A stretch of DNA of 64,000 nt from NCBI GenBank assembly GCA_964016885.1, contig CAXHJY010000096.1, positions 1,364,001 through 1,428,000 on the forward strand. The letters run 5' to 3'. Source of the stretch: Eledone cirrhosa. Taxonomy: Eukaryota. Of this stretch, positions 22,601 to 37,100 are shown piece by piece. The stretch's first letter is position 1; each line of letters opens with the position of its first letter. The notes under the pieces were generated by a model. That model did no database searches, was not told the origin of the DNA, and saw only the letters and a list, made by a program, of their open reading frames with translations. A program made the position numbers and the translations under genes.

Positions 22601-25600
22601 AATTTCCAGCCGTCCAAGGGGAGGTAATTTCCAGCCGTCCAAGGGGAGATAATTTTAAAAAAAAAATCAGGCGGAGATAATTTGTAAAAAAAATCAAGGG
22701 GAGATAATTTGCAGCCGTCCAAGGGGAGATAATTTTCAGTCGTCCAAGGAGAGGTAATTTCTAGCCGTCCAAGGGGAGATAATTGCCAGCCGTCCAAGGG
22801 GAGATAATTTCCAGCCGTCCAAGGGGAGATAATTTTTTTTAAAAAATCAGGCGGAGATAATTTGTAAAAAAAATCAGGGGGAGATAATTTGTAAACAAAA
22901 TCAGGGGGAGATAATTTGTAAAAAAAAATCAGGGGGAGATAATTTGTAAAAAAAATCATGGAGAGATAATTTCCAGCCGTCCAAGGTGAGATAATTTCCA
23001 GCCGTCCAAGGAGACATATTTTCCAGCCGTCCAAGGCGAGGTAATTTCTAGCCGTCCAAGGGGAGATAAATTCCAGCCTCCAAGGGGAGATAATTTCCAG
23101 CCAGCCAAGTGGAGATAATTTGTAAAAAAATCAGGGGGAGATAATTTGTAAAAAATATCAGGGAGATAATTTGTAAAAAAAAATCAGGGGGAGATAATTT
23201 GTAAAAAAAATCAGGGGGAGATAATTTGTAAAAAAAAATCAGGGGGAGATAATTTGTAAAAAAAATCAAGGGGAGATAATTTCCAGCCGTCCAAGGGGAG
23301 ATAATTTTCAGCCGTCCAAGGGGAGATAATTTCCCGCCAGCCAAGGGAAGATAATATTTAAAAAAATCAGGCGGAGATAATTTGTAAAAAAAATCAGGGG
23401 GAGATAATTTGTAAAAAAATCAGGGGGAGATAATTTGTAAAAAAAAAATCAGGGGGAGATAATTTGTAAAAAAAATCAGGGGGAGATAATTTGTAAAAAA
23501 AAATCAGGGGTAGATAATTTGTAAACAAAAATCAGGGGGAGATAATTTGTAAAAAAAAATCAGGGGGATATAATTTGTAAAAAAAATGAAAGGGGAGATA
23601 ATATCCAGCCGTCCAAGGGGAGATAATTTCCAGCCGTCCAAGGGGATATAATTTCCAGCCGTCCAAGGGGAGATAATTTCCATCCTTCCAAGGGGATATA
23701 ATTTCCAGCCGTCCAAGGGGAGATAATTTCCCGCCAGCCAAGGGAAGATAATTTTTAAAAAAATCAGGCGGAGATTGTAAAAAAAATCAGGGGGGAGATA
23801 ATTTGTAAAAAAATCAGGGGGAGATAATTTGTAAAAAATAATCAGGGGGAGATAATTTGTAAAAAAATTCAAGGGGAGATAATTTCCAGCCGTCCAAGGG
23901 GAGATAATTTCCCGCCAGCCAAGGGAAGATAATTTGTAAAAAAAATCAGGGGGAGATAATTTGTAAAAAAATCAGGGGGAGATAATTTGTAAAAAAAATC
24001 AGGGGGAGATAATTTGTAAAAAAAATCATGGGGAGATAATTTGTAAAAAAAAATCAGGGGTAGATAATTTGTAAAAAAAAATCAGGGGGAGATAATTTGT
24101 AAAAAAAAATCAGGGGGAGATAATTTGTAAAAAAAATCAAGGGGAGATAATATCCAGCCGTCCAAGGAGAGATAATTTAAAAAAAAAATGAGGCGGAGAT
24201 AATTTGTAAAAAAAAAATCAGGGGGAGTTAATTTGTAAAAAAAAATGAGGGGGAGATAATTTGTAAAAAAAATCAAGGGGAGATAATTTCCAGCCGTCCA
24301 AGGGGAGATAATTTTCAGCCGTCCAAGGAGAGGTAATTTCTAGCCGTCCAAGGGGAGATAATTTCCAGCCGTCCAAGGGGAGGTAATTTCCAGCCGTCCA
24401 AGGGGAGATAATTTTTAAAAAAAAATCAGGCGGAGATAATTTGTAAAAAAAATCAAGGGGAGATAATTTGCAGCCGTCCAAGGGGAGATAATTTTCAGTC
24501 GTCCAAGGAGAGGTAATTTCTAGCCGTCCAAGGGGAGATAATTTCCAGCCGTCCAAGGGGAGATAATTTCCAGCCGTCCAAGGGGAGATAATTTTTTTTA
24601 AAAAATCAGGCGGAGATAATTTGTAAAAAAAATCAGGGGGAGATAATTTGTAAACAAAATCAGGGGGAGATAATTTGTAAAAAAAAATCAGGGGGAGATA
24701 ATTTGTAAAAAAAATTAGGCGTAGATAATTTGTAAAAAAAAATCAGGAGGAGATAATTTGTAAAAAAAAATCAGGGGGAGATAATTTGTTTAAAAAATCA
24801 AGGGGAGATAATTTGCAGCCGTCCAAGGGGAGATAATTTTCAGCCGTCCAAGGAGAGGTAATTTCTAGCCGTTCAAGGGGAGATAATTTCCAGCCGTCCA
24901 AGGGGAGATAATTTCCAGCCGTCCAAGGGGAGATAATTTTTTTTTAAAAATCAGGCGGAGATAATTTGTAAAAAAAAATCAGGGGGAGATAATTCGTAAA
25001 AAAAAATCAGGGGGAGATAATTTGTAAAAAAAAATCAGGGGGAGATAATTTGTAAAAAAAATCAAGGGGAGATAATTTCCAGCCGTCCAAGGGGAGGTAA
25101 TATCTAGCCGTCCAAGGGGAGATAATTTCCAGCCGTCCAAGGGGAGATAATTTCCAGCCGTCCAAGGGGAGATAATTTCCAGCCGTCCAAGGAGACATAT
25201 TTTCCAGCCGTCCAAGGCGAGGTAATTTCTAGCCGTCCAAGGGGAGATTAATTCCAGCCTCCAAGGGGAGATAATTTCCAGCCAGCCAAGGGGAGATAAT
25301 TTGTAAAAAAATCAGGGGGAGATAATTTGTAAAAAATATCAGGGAGATAATTTGTAAAAAAAAATCAGGGGGAGATAATTTGTAAAAAAAATCAGGGGGA
25401 GATAATTTGTAAAAAAAAATCAGGGGGAGATAATTTGTAAAAAAAATCAAGGGGAGATAATTTCCAGCCGTCCAACGGGAGATAATTTTCAGCCGTCCAA
25501 GGAGAGGTAATTTCTAACCGTCCGAGGAGAGATAATTTCCAGCCGTCCAAGGGGAGATAATTTCCAGCCGTCCAAGGGGAGATAATTTCCAGCCGTCCAA

Positions 25601-26065
25601 GGAGACATATTTTCCAGCCGTCCAAGGAGAGGTAATTTCTAGCCGTCCAAGGGGAGATAAATTCCAGCCTCCAAGGGGAGATAATTTCCAGCCAGCCAAG
25701 GGGAGATAATTTGTAAAAAAATCAGGGGGAGATAATTTGTAAAAAAAATCAGGGGGAGATAATTTGTAAAAAATAATCAGGGGGAGATAATTTCCAGCCG
25801 TCCAAGGGAAGATAATTTCCAGCCCTCCAAGGGGCTATAATTTCCAGTGTCCAAGGGGAGATAATTTCCAGCCAGAGAAGGGGAGATAATTTTTTTTAAA
25901 AAATCATTGGGAGATTTGTAAAAAAAATCAGGGGGAGATAATTTGCAAAAAAAATCAGGGGGAGATAATTTGTAAAAAAAAATCAGGGGTAGATAATTTG
26001 TAAAAAAAAATCAGGGGGAGATAATTTGTAAAAAAAAATCAGGGGGAGATAATTTGTAAAAAAAA
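19666..26065 (+). repeat. Higher-order repeat copy 4 (6400 bp; ~456-bp deletion at ~25930)
   Basis: Module order matches copies 1-2. The CATTGGGAGATTT monomer at 25905 is followed almost directly by the ATTTGCA monomer, skipping the B run found at 6280-6605. Confidence 0.88.
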
Positions 26066-27727
26066 TCAAGGGGAGATAATTTCCAGCCGTCCAAGGAGAG
26101 ATAATTTTAAAAAAAATCAGGCGGAGATAATTTGTAAAAAAAAATCAGGGGGAGATAATTTGTAAAAAAAATCAGGGGGAGATAATTTGTAAAAAAAAAT
26201 CAGGGGGAGATAATTTGTAAAAAAAAATCAGGGGGAGATAATTTGTAAAAAAAAATCAGGGGGAGATAATTTGTAAAAAAAATCAAGGGGAGATAATTTC
26301 CAGCCGTCCAAGGAGAGATAATTTTAAAAAAAATCAGGCGGAGATAATTTGTAAAAAAAAATTAGGGGGAGATAATTTGTAAAAAAAAATCAGGGGGAGA
26401 TAATTTGTAAAAAAAATCAAGGGGAGATAATTTCCAGCCGTCCAAGGGGAGATAATTTTCAGCCGTCCAAGGGGAGATAATTTCCCGCCAGCCAAGGGAA
26501 GATAATATTCAAAAAAATCAGGCGGAGATAATTTGTAAAAAAAATCAGGGGGAGATAATTTGTAAAAAAATCAGGGGGAGATAATTTGTAAAAAAAAAAA
26601 TCAGGGGGAGATAATTTGTAAAAAAAATCAGGGGGAGATAATTTGTAAAAAAAAATCAGGGGTAGATAATTTGTAAAAAAAAATCAGGGGGAGATAATTT
26701 GTAAAAAAAAATCAGGGGCAGATAATTTGTAAAAAAAATGAAAGGGGAGATAATATCCAGCCGTCCAAGGGGAGATAATTTCCAGCCGTCCAAGGGGAGA
26801 TAATTTCCAGCCGTCCAAGGGGAGAAAATTTCCATCCTTCCAAGGGGATATAATTTCCAGCCGGCCAAGGGGAGATAATTTCCATCCTTCCAAGGGGATA
26901 TAATTTCCAGCCGTCCAAGGGGAGATAATTTTCAGCCGTCCAAGGAGAGGAAATTTCTAGCCGTCCAAGGAGAGATAATTTCCAGCCGTCCAAGGGGAGA
27001 TAATTTCCAGCCGTCCAAGGGGAGATAATTTCCAGCCGTCCAAGGAGACATATTTTCCAGCCGTCCAAGGAGAGGTAATTCCTAGCCGTCCAAGGGGAGA
27101 TAAATTCCAGCCTCCAAGGGGAGATAATTTCCAGCCAGCCAAGGGGAGATAATTTGTAAAAAAAATCAGGGGGAGATAATTTCTAAAAAAAATCAGGGGG
27201 AGATAATTTGTAAAAAAAAATCAGGGGGAGATAATTTGTAAAAAATAATCAGGGGGAGATAATTTGTAAAAAAAATCAAGGGGAGATAATTTCCAGCCGT
27301 CCAAGGGGAGATAATTTTCAGCCGTCCAAGGGGAGATAATTTCCCACCAGCCAAGGGAAGATAATATTTAAAAAAATTAGGCGGAGATAATTTGTAAAAA
27401 AAATCAGGGGGAGATAATTTGTAAAAAAATCAGGGGGAGATAATTTGTAAAAAAAATCAGGGGGAGATAATTTGTAAAAAAAATCAGGGGGAGATAATTT
27501 GTAAAAAAAAATCAGGGGTAGATAATTTGTAAAAAAAAATCAGGGGGAGATAATTTGTAAAAAAAAATCAGGGGGAGATAATTTGTAAAAAAAATCAAGG
27601 GGAGATAATTTCCAGCCGTCCAAGGAGAGATAATTTAAAAAAAAATCAGGCGGAGATAATTTGTAAAAAAAAATCAGGGGGAGATAATTTGTAAAAAAAA
27701 ATCAGGGGGAGATAATTTGTAAAAAAA

Positions 27728-29340
27728 TCAAGGGGAGATAATTTCCAGCCGTCCAAGGGGAGATAATTTTCAGCCGTCCAAGGGGAGATAATTTCCCGCC
27801 AGCCAAGGGAAGATAATATTCAAAAAAATCAGGCGGAGATAATTTGTAAAAAAAATCAGGGGGAGATAATTTGTAAAAAAATCAGGGGGAGATAATTTGT
27901 AAAAAAAAAAATCAGGGGGAGATAATTTGTAAAAAAAATCAGGGGGAGATAATTTGTAAAAAAAAATCAGGGGTAGATAATTTGTAAAAAAAAATCAGGG
28001 GGAGATAATTTGTAAAAAAAAATTAGGGGGAGATAATTTGTAAAAAAAATGAAAGGGGAGATAATATCCAGCCGTCCAAGGGGAGATAATTTCCAGCCGT
28101 CCAAGGAGAGATAATTTCCAGCCGTCCAAGGGGAGATAATTTCCATCCTTCCAAGGGGATATAATTTCCAGCCGTCCAAGGGGAGATAATTTCCATCCTT
28201 CCAAGGGGATATAATTTCCAGCCGTCCAAGGGGAGATAATTTTCAGCCGTCCAAGGAGAGGTAATTTCTAGCCGTCCAAGGAGAGATAATTTCCAGCCGT
28301 CCAAGGGGAGATAATTTCCAGCCGTCCAAGGGGAGATAATTTCCAGCCGTCCAAGGAGACATATTTTCCAGCCGTCCAAGGAGAGGTAATTCCTAGCCGT
28401 CCAAGGGGAGATAAATTCCAGCCTCCAAGGGGAGATAATTTCCAGCCAGCCAAGGGGAGATAATTTGTAAAAAAAATCAGGGGGAGATAATTTGTAAAAA
28501 AAATCAGGGGGAGATAATTTGTAAAAAAAAATCAGGGGGAGATAATTTGTAAAAAAAATCAAGGGGAGATAATTTCCAGCCGTCCAAGGGGAGATAATTT
28601 TCAGCCGTCCAAGGGGAGATAATTTCCCGCCAGCCAAGGGAAGATAATATTCAAAAAAATCAGGCGGAGATAATTTGTAAAAAAAATCAGGGGGAGATAA
28701 TTTGTAAAAAAATCAGGGGGAGATAATTTGTAAAAAAAAAAATCAGGGGGAGATAATTTGTAAAAAAAATCAGGGGGAGATAATTTGTAAAAAAAAATCA
28801 GGGGTAGATAATTTGTAAAAAAAAATCAGGGGGAGATAATTTGTAAAAAAAAATCAGGGGGAGATAATTTGTAAAAAAAATGAAAGGGGAGATAATATCC
28901 AGCCGTCCAAGGGGAGATAATTTCCAGCCGTCCAAGGGGAGATAATTTCCAGCCGTCCAAGGGGAGATAATTTCCATCCTTCCAAGGGGATATAATTTCC
29001 AGCCGTCCAAGGGGAGATAATTTCCATCCTTCCAAGGGGATATAATTTCCAGCCGTCCAAGGGGAGATAATTTTCAGCCGTCCAAGGAGAGGTAATTTCT
29101 AGCCGTCCAAGGAGAGATAATTTCCAGCCGTCCAAGGGGAGATAATTTCCAGCCGTCCAAGGGGAGATAATTTCCAGCCGTCCAAGGAGACATATTTTCC
29201 AGCCGTCCAAGGAGAGGTAATTCCTAGCCGTCCAAGGGGAGATAAATTCCAGCCTCCAAGGGGAGATAATTTCCAGCCAGCCAAGGGGAGATAATTTGTA
29301 AAAAAAATCAGGGGGAGATAATTTGTAAAAAAATCAGGGG
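27728..29340 (+). repeat. 831-bp direct tandem duplication
   Basis: ORFs 27967->28798, 27995->28826 and 28268->29099 are all offset by 831. Unit starts at 27728 and 28559. Confidence 0.88.
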
Positions 29341-32300
29341 GAGATAATTTGTAAAAAAAATCAGGGGGAGATAATTTGTAAAAAAAATCAGGGGGAGATA
29401 ATTTGTAAAAAAAAATCAGGGGTAGATAATTTGTAAAAAAAAATCAGGGGGAGATAATTTGTAAAAAAATCAAGGGGAGATAATTTCCAGCCGTCCAAGG
29501 GAAGATAATTTCCAGCCCTCCAAGGGGCTATAATTTCCAGCGTCCAAGGGGAGATAATTTCCAGCCAGCGAAGGGGAGATAATTTTTTTAAAAAAATCAT
29601 TGGGAGATTTGTAAAAAAAATCAGGGGGAGATAATTTGTAAAAAAAATCAAGGGGAGATAATTTCCAGCCGTCCAAGGGGAGGTAATATCTAGCCGTCCA
29701 AGGGTAGATAATTTCCAGCCGTCCAACGGGAGATAATTTCCAGCCGTCCAAGGGTAGATAATATCCAGCCGCCCAAGGACATATTTTCCAGCCGTCCAAG
29801 GAGAGGTAATTTCTAGCCGTCCAAGGGGAGATAATTTCCAGCCGTCCAAGGGTAGATAATATCCAGCCGTCCAAGGACATATTTTCCAGCCGTCCAAGGA
29901 GAGGTAATTTCTAGCCGTCCAAGGGGAGATAAATTCCAGCCTCCAAGGGGAGATAATTTCCAGCCAGCCAAGGGGAGATAATTTGTAAAAAAATCAGGGG
30001 GAGATAATTTGTAAAAAAAATCAGGGGGAGATAATTTGTAAAAAAAAATCAGGGGGAGATAATTTGTAAAAAAAAATCAGGGGGAGATAATTTGCAAAAA
30101 AAATCAGGGGGAGATAATTTGTAAAAAAAAATCAGGGGTAGATAATTTGTAAAAAAAAATCAGGGGAGATAATTTGTAAAAAAAAATCAGGGGGAGATAA
30201 TTTGTAAAAAAAATCAAGGGGAGATAATTTCCAGCCGTCCAAGGAGATTATAATTTTAAAAAAAATCAGGCGGAGATAATTTGTAAAAAAAAATCAGGGG
30301 GAGATAATTTGTAAAAAAAAATCAGGGGGAGATAATTTGTAAAAAAAAATCAGGGGGAGATAATTTGTAAAAAAAATCAGGAGGAGATAATTTGTAAAAA
30401 AAATCAAGGGGAGATAATTTCCAGCCGTCCAAGGAGAGATAATTTAAAAAAAAATCAGGCGGAGATAATTTGTAAAAAAAAATCAGGGGGAGATAATTTG
30501 TAAAAAAAAATCAGGGGGAGATAATTTGTAAAAAAAATCAAGGGGAGATAATTTCCAGCCGTCCAAGGGGAGATAATTTTCAGCCGTCCAAGGAGAGGTA
30601 ATTTCTAACCGTCCGAGGAGAGATAATTTCCAGCCGTCCAAGGGGAGATAATTTCCAGCCGTCCAAGGGGAGATAATTTCCAGCCGTCCAAGGAGACATA
30701 TTTTCCAGCCGTCCAAGGAGAGGTAATTTCTAGCCGTCCAAGGGGAGATAAATTCCAGCCTCCAAGGGGAGATAATTTCCAGCCAGCCAAGGGGAGATAA
30801 TTTGTAAAAAAATCAGGGGGAGATAATTTGCAAAAAAAATCAGGGGGAGATAATTTGTAAAAAAAATCAGGGGGAGATAATTTGTAAAAAATAATCAGGG
30901 GGAGATAATTTCCAGCCGTCCAAGGGAAGATAATTTCCAGCCCTCCAAGGGGCTATAATTTCCAGTGTCCAAGGGGAGATAATTTCCAGCCAGCGAAGGG
31001 GAGATAATTTTTTTAAAAAAATCATTGGGAGATTTGTAAAAAAAATCAGGGGGATATAATTTGTAAAAAAAATCAAGGGGAGATAATTTCCAGCCGTCCA
31101 AGGGGAGGTAATATCTAGCCGTCCAAGGGGAGATAATTTCCAGCCGTCCAAGGGGAGATAATTTCCAGCCGTCCAAGGGTAGATAATATCCAGCCGCCCA
31201 AGGACATATTTTCCAGCCGTCCAAGGAGAGGTAATTTCTAGCCGTCCAAGGGGAGATAAATTCCAGCCTCCAAGGGGAGATAATTTCCAGCCAGCCAAGG
31301 GGAGATAATTTGTAAAAAAATCAGGGGGAGATAATTTGTAAAAAAAATCAGGGGGAGATAATTTGTAAAAAAAAATCAGGGGGAGATAATTTGTAAAAAA
31401 AAATCAGGGGGAGATAATTTGCAAAAAAAATCAGGGGGAGATAATTTGTAAAAAAAAATCAGGGGTAGATAATTTGTAAAAAAAAATCAGGGGGAGATAA
31501 TTTGTAAAAAAAAATCAGGGGGAGATAATTTGTAAAAAAAATCAAGGGGAGATAATTTCCAGCCGTCCAAGGAGAGATAATTTTAAAAAAAATCAGGCGG
31601 AGATAATTTGTAAAAAAAAATCAGGGGGAGATAATTTGTAAAAAAAATCAGGGGGAGATAATTTGTAAAAAAAAATCAGGGGTAGATAATTTGTAAAAAA
31701 AAATCAGGGGGAGATAATTTGTAAAAAAAAATCAGGGGGAGATAATTTGTAAAAAAAATCAAGGGGAGATAATTTCCAGCCGTCCAAGGAGAGATAATTT
31801 AAAAAAAAATCAGGCGGAGATAATTTGTAAAAAAAAATTAGGGGGAGATAATTTGTAAAAAAAAATCAGGGGGAGATAATTTGTAAAAAAAATCAAGGGG
31901 AGATAATTTCCAGCCGTCCAAGGGGAGATAATTTTCAGCCGTCCAAGGGGAGATAATTTCCCGCCAGCCAAGGGAAGATAATATTCAAAAAAATCAGGCG
32001 GAGATAATTTGTAAAAAAAATCAGGGGGAGATAATTTGTAAAAAAATCAGGGGGAGATAATTTGTAAAAAAAAAAATCAGGGGGAGATAATTTGTAAAAA
32101 AAATCAGGGGGAGATAATTTGTAAAAAAAAATCAGGGGTAGATAATTTGTAAAAAAAAATCAGGGGGAGATAATTTGTAAAAAAAAATCAGGGGGAGATA
32201 ATTTGTAAAAAAAATGAAAGGGGAGATAATATCCAGCCGTCCAAGGGGAGATAATTTCCAGCCGTCCAAGGGGAGATAATTTCCAGCCGTCCAAGGGGAG

Positions 32301-34199
32301 AAAATTTCCATCCTTCCAAGGGGATATAATTTCCAGCCGTCCAAGGGGAGATAATTTCCATCCTTCCAAGGGGATATAATTTCCAGCCGTCCAAGGGGAG
32401 ATAATTTTCAGCCGTCCAAGGAGAGGTAATTTCTAGCCGTCCAAGGAGAGATAATTTCCAGCCGTCCAAGGGGAGATAATTTCCAGCCGTCCAAGGGGAG
32501 ATAATTTCCAGCCGTCCAAGGAGACATATTTTCCAGCCGTCCAAGGAGAGGTAATTCCTAGCCGTCCAAGGGGAGATAAATTCCAGCCTCCAAGGGGAGA
32601 TAATTTCCAGCCAGCCAAGGGGAGATAATTTGTAAAAAAAATCAGGGGGAGATAATTTCTAAAAAAAATCAGGGGGAGATAATTTGTAAAAAAAAATCAG
32701 GGGGAGATAATTTGTAAAAAATAATCAGGGGGAGATAATTTGTAAAAAAAATCAAGGGGAGATAATTTCCAGCCGTCCAAGGGGAGATAATTTTCAGCCG
32801 TCCAAGGGGAGATAATTTCCCGCCAGCCAAGGGAAGATAATATTTAAAAAAATTAGGCGGAGATAATTTGTAAAAAAAATCAGGGGGAGATAATTTGTAA
32901 AAAAATCAGGGGGAGATAATTTGTAAAAAAAATCAGGGGGAGATAATTTGTAAAAAAAATCAGGGGGAGATAATTTGTAAAAAAAAATCAGGGGTAGATA
33001 ATTTGTAAAAAAAAATCAGGGGGAGATAATTTGTAAAAAAAAATCAGGGGGAGATAATTTGTAAAAAAAATCAAGGGGAGATAATTTCCAGCAGTCCAAG
33101 GAGAGATAATTTTAAAAAAAATCAGGCGGAGATAATTTGTAAAAAAAAATCAGGGGGAGATAATTTGTAAAAAAAATCAAGGGGAGATAATTTCCAGCCG
33201 TCCAAGGGGAGATAATTTTCAGCCGTCCAAGGGGAGATAATTTCCCGCCAGCCAAGGGAAGATAATATTCAAAAAAATCAGGCGGAGATAATTTGTAAAA
33301 AAAAAAATCAGGGGGAGATAATTTGTAAAAAAAATCAGGGGGAGATAATTTGTAAAAAAAAATCAGGGGTAGATAATTTGTAAAAAAAAATCAGGGGGAG
33401 ATAATTTGTAAAAAAAAATCAGGGGGAGATAATTTGTAAAAAAAATGAAAGGGGAGATAATATCCAGCCGTCCAAGGGGAGATAATTTCCAGCCGTCCAA
33501 GGGGAGATAATTTCCAGCCGTCCAAGGGGAGATAATTTCCATCCTTCCAAGGGGATATAATTTCCAGCCGTCCAAGGGGAGATAATTTCCATCCTTCCAA
33601 GGGGATATAATTTCCAGCCGTCCAAGGGGAGATAATTTTCAGCCGTCCAAGGAGAGGTAATTTCTAGCCGTCCAAGGAGAGATAATTTCCAGCCGTCCAA
33701 GGGGAGATAATTTCCAGCCGTCCAAGGGGAGATAATTTCCAGCCGTCCAAGGAGACATTTTCCAGCCGTCCAAGGAGAGGTAATTCCTAGCCGTCCAAGG
33801 GGAGATAAATTCCAGCCTCCAAGGGGAGATAATTTCCAGCCAGCCAAGGGGAGATAATTTGTAAAAAAAATCAGGGGGAGATAATTTGTAAAAAAAATCA
33901 GGGGGAGATAATTTGTAAAAAAAAATCAGGGGGAGATAATTTGTAAAAAATAATCAGGGGGAGATAATTTGTAAAAAAAATCAAGGGGAGATAATTTCCA
34001 GCCGTCCAAGGGGAGATAATTTTCAGCCGTCCAAGGGGAGATAATTTCCCGCCAGCCAAGGGAAGATAATATTTTAAAAAATTAGGCGGAGATAATTTGT
34101 AAAAAAAATCAGGGGGAGATAATTTGTAAAAAAATCAGGGGGAGATAATTTGTAAAAAAAATCAGGGGGAGATAATTTGTAAAAAAAATCAGGGGGAGA

Positions 34200-37100
34200 T
34201 AATTTGTAAAAAAAAATCAGGGGTAGATAATTTGTAAAAAAAAATCAGGGGGAGATAATTTGTAAAAAAAATCAAGGGGAGATAATTTCCAGCCGTCCAA
34301 GGGAAGATAATTTCCAGCCCTCCAAGGGGCTATAATTTCCAGCGTCCAAGGGGAGATAATTTCCAGCCAGCGAAGGGGAGATAATTTTTTAAAAAAAATC
34401 ATTGGGAGATTTGTAAAAAAAATCAGGGGGAGATAATTTGTAAAAAAAATCAAGGGGAGATAATTTCCAGCCGTCCAAGGGGAGGTAATATCTAGCCGTC
34501 CAAGGGTAGATAATTTCCAGCCGTCCAACGGGAGATAATTTCCAGCCGTCCAAGGGTAGATAATATCCAGCCGCCCAAGGACATATTTTCCAGCCGTCCA
34601 AGGAGAGGTAATTTCTAGCCGTCCAAGGGGAGATAATTTCCAGCCGTCCAAGGGTAGATAATATCCAGCCGTCCAAGGACATATTTTCCAGCCGTCCAAG
34701 GAGAGGTAATTTCTAGCCGTCCAAGGGGAGATAAATTCCAGCCTCCAAGGGGAGATAATTTCCAGCCAGCCAAGGGGAGATAATTTGTAAAAAAATCAGG
34801 GGGAGATAATTTGTAAAAAAAATCAGGGGGAGATAATTTGTAAAAAAAAATCAGGGGGAGATAATTTGTAAAAAAAAATCAGGGGGAGATAATTTGCAAA
34901 AAAAATCAGGGGGAGATAATTTGTAAAAAAAAATCAGGGGTAGATAATTTGTAAAAAAAAATCAGGGGGAGATAATTTGTAAAAAAAAATCAGGGGGAGA
35001 TAATTTGTAAAAAAAATCAAGGGGAGATAATTTCCAGCCGTCCAAGGAGAGATAATTTTAAAAAAAATCAGGCGGAGATAATTTGTAAAAAAAAATCAGG
35101 GGGAGATAATTTGTAAAAAAAAATCAGGGGGAGATAATTTGTAAAAAAAAATCAGGGGGAGATAATTTGTAAAAAAAATCAGGAGGAGATAATTTGTAAA
35201 AAAAAATCAGGGGGAGATAATTTGTAAAAAAAAATCAGGGGGAGATAATTTGTAAAAAAAAATCAGGGGGAGATAATTTGTAAAAAAAATCAAGGGGAGA
35301 TAATTTCCAGCCGTCCAAGGGGAGATAATTTTCAGCCGTCCAAGGGGAGATAATTTCCCGCCAGCCAAGGGAAGATAATATTCAAAAAAATCAGGCGGAG
35401 ATAATTTGTAAAAAAATCAGGGGGAGATAATTTGTAAAAAAAAAAATCAGGGGGAGATAATTTTTAAAAAAAATCAGGGGGAGATAATTTGTAAAAAAAA
35501 ATCAGGGGTAGATAATTTGTAAAAAAAAATCAGGGGGAGATAATTTGTAAAAAAAAATCAGGGGGAGATAATTTGTAAAAAAAATGAAAGGGGAGATAAT
35601 ATCCAGCCGTCCAAGGGGAGATAATTTCCAGCCGTCCAAGGGGAGATAATTTCCAGCCGTCCAAGGGGAGATAATTTCCATCCTTCCAAGGGGATATAAT
35701 TTCCAGCCGTCCAAGGGGAGATAATTTCCATCCTTCCAAGGGGATATAATTTCCAGCCGTCCAAGGGGAGATAATTTTCAGCCGTCCAAGGAGAGGTAAT
35801 TTCTAGCCGTCCAAGGAGAGATAATTTCCAGCCGTCCAAGGGGAGATAATTTCCAGCCGTCCAAGGGGAGATAATTTCCAGCCGTCCAAGGAGACATATT
35901 TTCCAGCCGTCCAAGGAGAGGTAATTCCTAGCCGTCCAAGGGGAGATAAATTCCAGCCTCCAAGGGGAGATAATTTCCAGCCAGCCAAGGGGAGATAATT
36001 TGTAAAAAAAATCAGGGGGAGATAATTTGTAAAAAAAATCAGGGGGAGATAATTTGTAAAAAAAAATCAGGGGGAGATAATTTGTAAAAAATAATCAGGG
36101 GGAGATAATTTGTAAAAAAAATCAAGGGGAGATAATTTCCAGCCGTCCAAGGGGAGATAATTTTCAGCCGTCCAAGGGGAGATAATTTCCCGCCAGCCGA
36201 GGGAAGATAATATTTAAAAAAATTAGGCGGAGATAATTTGTAAAAAAAATCAGGGGGAGATAATTTGTAAAAAAATCAGGGGGAGATAATTTGTAAAAAA
36301 AATCAGGGGGAGATAATTTGTAAAAAAAATCAGGGGGAGATAATTTGTAAAAAAAAATCAGGGGGAGATAATTTGTAAAAAAAATCAAGGGGAGATAATT
36401 TCCAGCCGTCCAAGGGAAGATAATTTCCAGCCCTACAAGGGGCTATAATTTCCAGCGTCCAAGGGGAGATAATTTCCAGCCAGCGAAGGGGAGATAATTT
36501 TTTTTAAAAAATCATTGGGAGATTTGTAAAAAAAATCAGGGGGAGATAATTTGTAAAAAAAATCAAGGGGAGATAATTTCCAGCCGTCCAAGGGGAGGTA
36601 ATATCTAGCCGTCCAAGGGGAGATAATTTCCAGCCGTCCAAGGGGAGATAATTTCCAGCCGTCCAAGGGTAGATAATATCCAGCCGTCCAAGGACATATT
36701 TTCCAGCCGTCCAAGGAGAGGTAATTTCTAGCCGTCCAAGGGGAGATAAATTCCAGCCTCCAAGGTGAGATAATTTCCAGCCAGCCAAGGGGAGATAATT
36801 TGTAAAAAAATCAGGGGGAGATAATTTGTAAAAAAAATCAGGGGGAGATAATTTGTAAAAAAAAATCAGGGGGAGATAATTTGTAAAAAAAATCAGGGGG
36901 AGATAATTTGTAAAAAAAAATCAGGGGGAGATAATTTGTAAAAAAAATCAAGGGGAGATAATTTCCAGCCGTCCAAGGGGAGATAATTTCCCGCCAGCCA
37001 AGGGAAGATAATATTTAAAAAAATCAGGCGGAGATAATTTGTAAAAAAAATCAGGGGGAGATAATTTGTAAAAAAATCAGGGGGAGATAATTTGTAAAAA

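Noticed and set aside
58-26065. 6-7-kb units as tandem LTR/LINE elements or rDNA units
   Set aside because: The unit length is similar, but the content is entirely short monomers, with no coding domains, terminal repeats or rRNA sequence.
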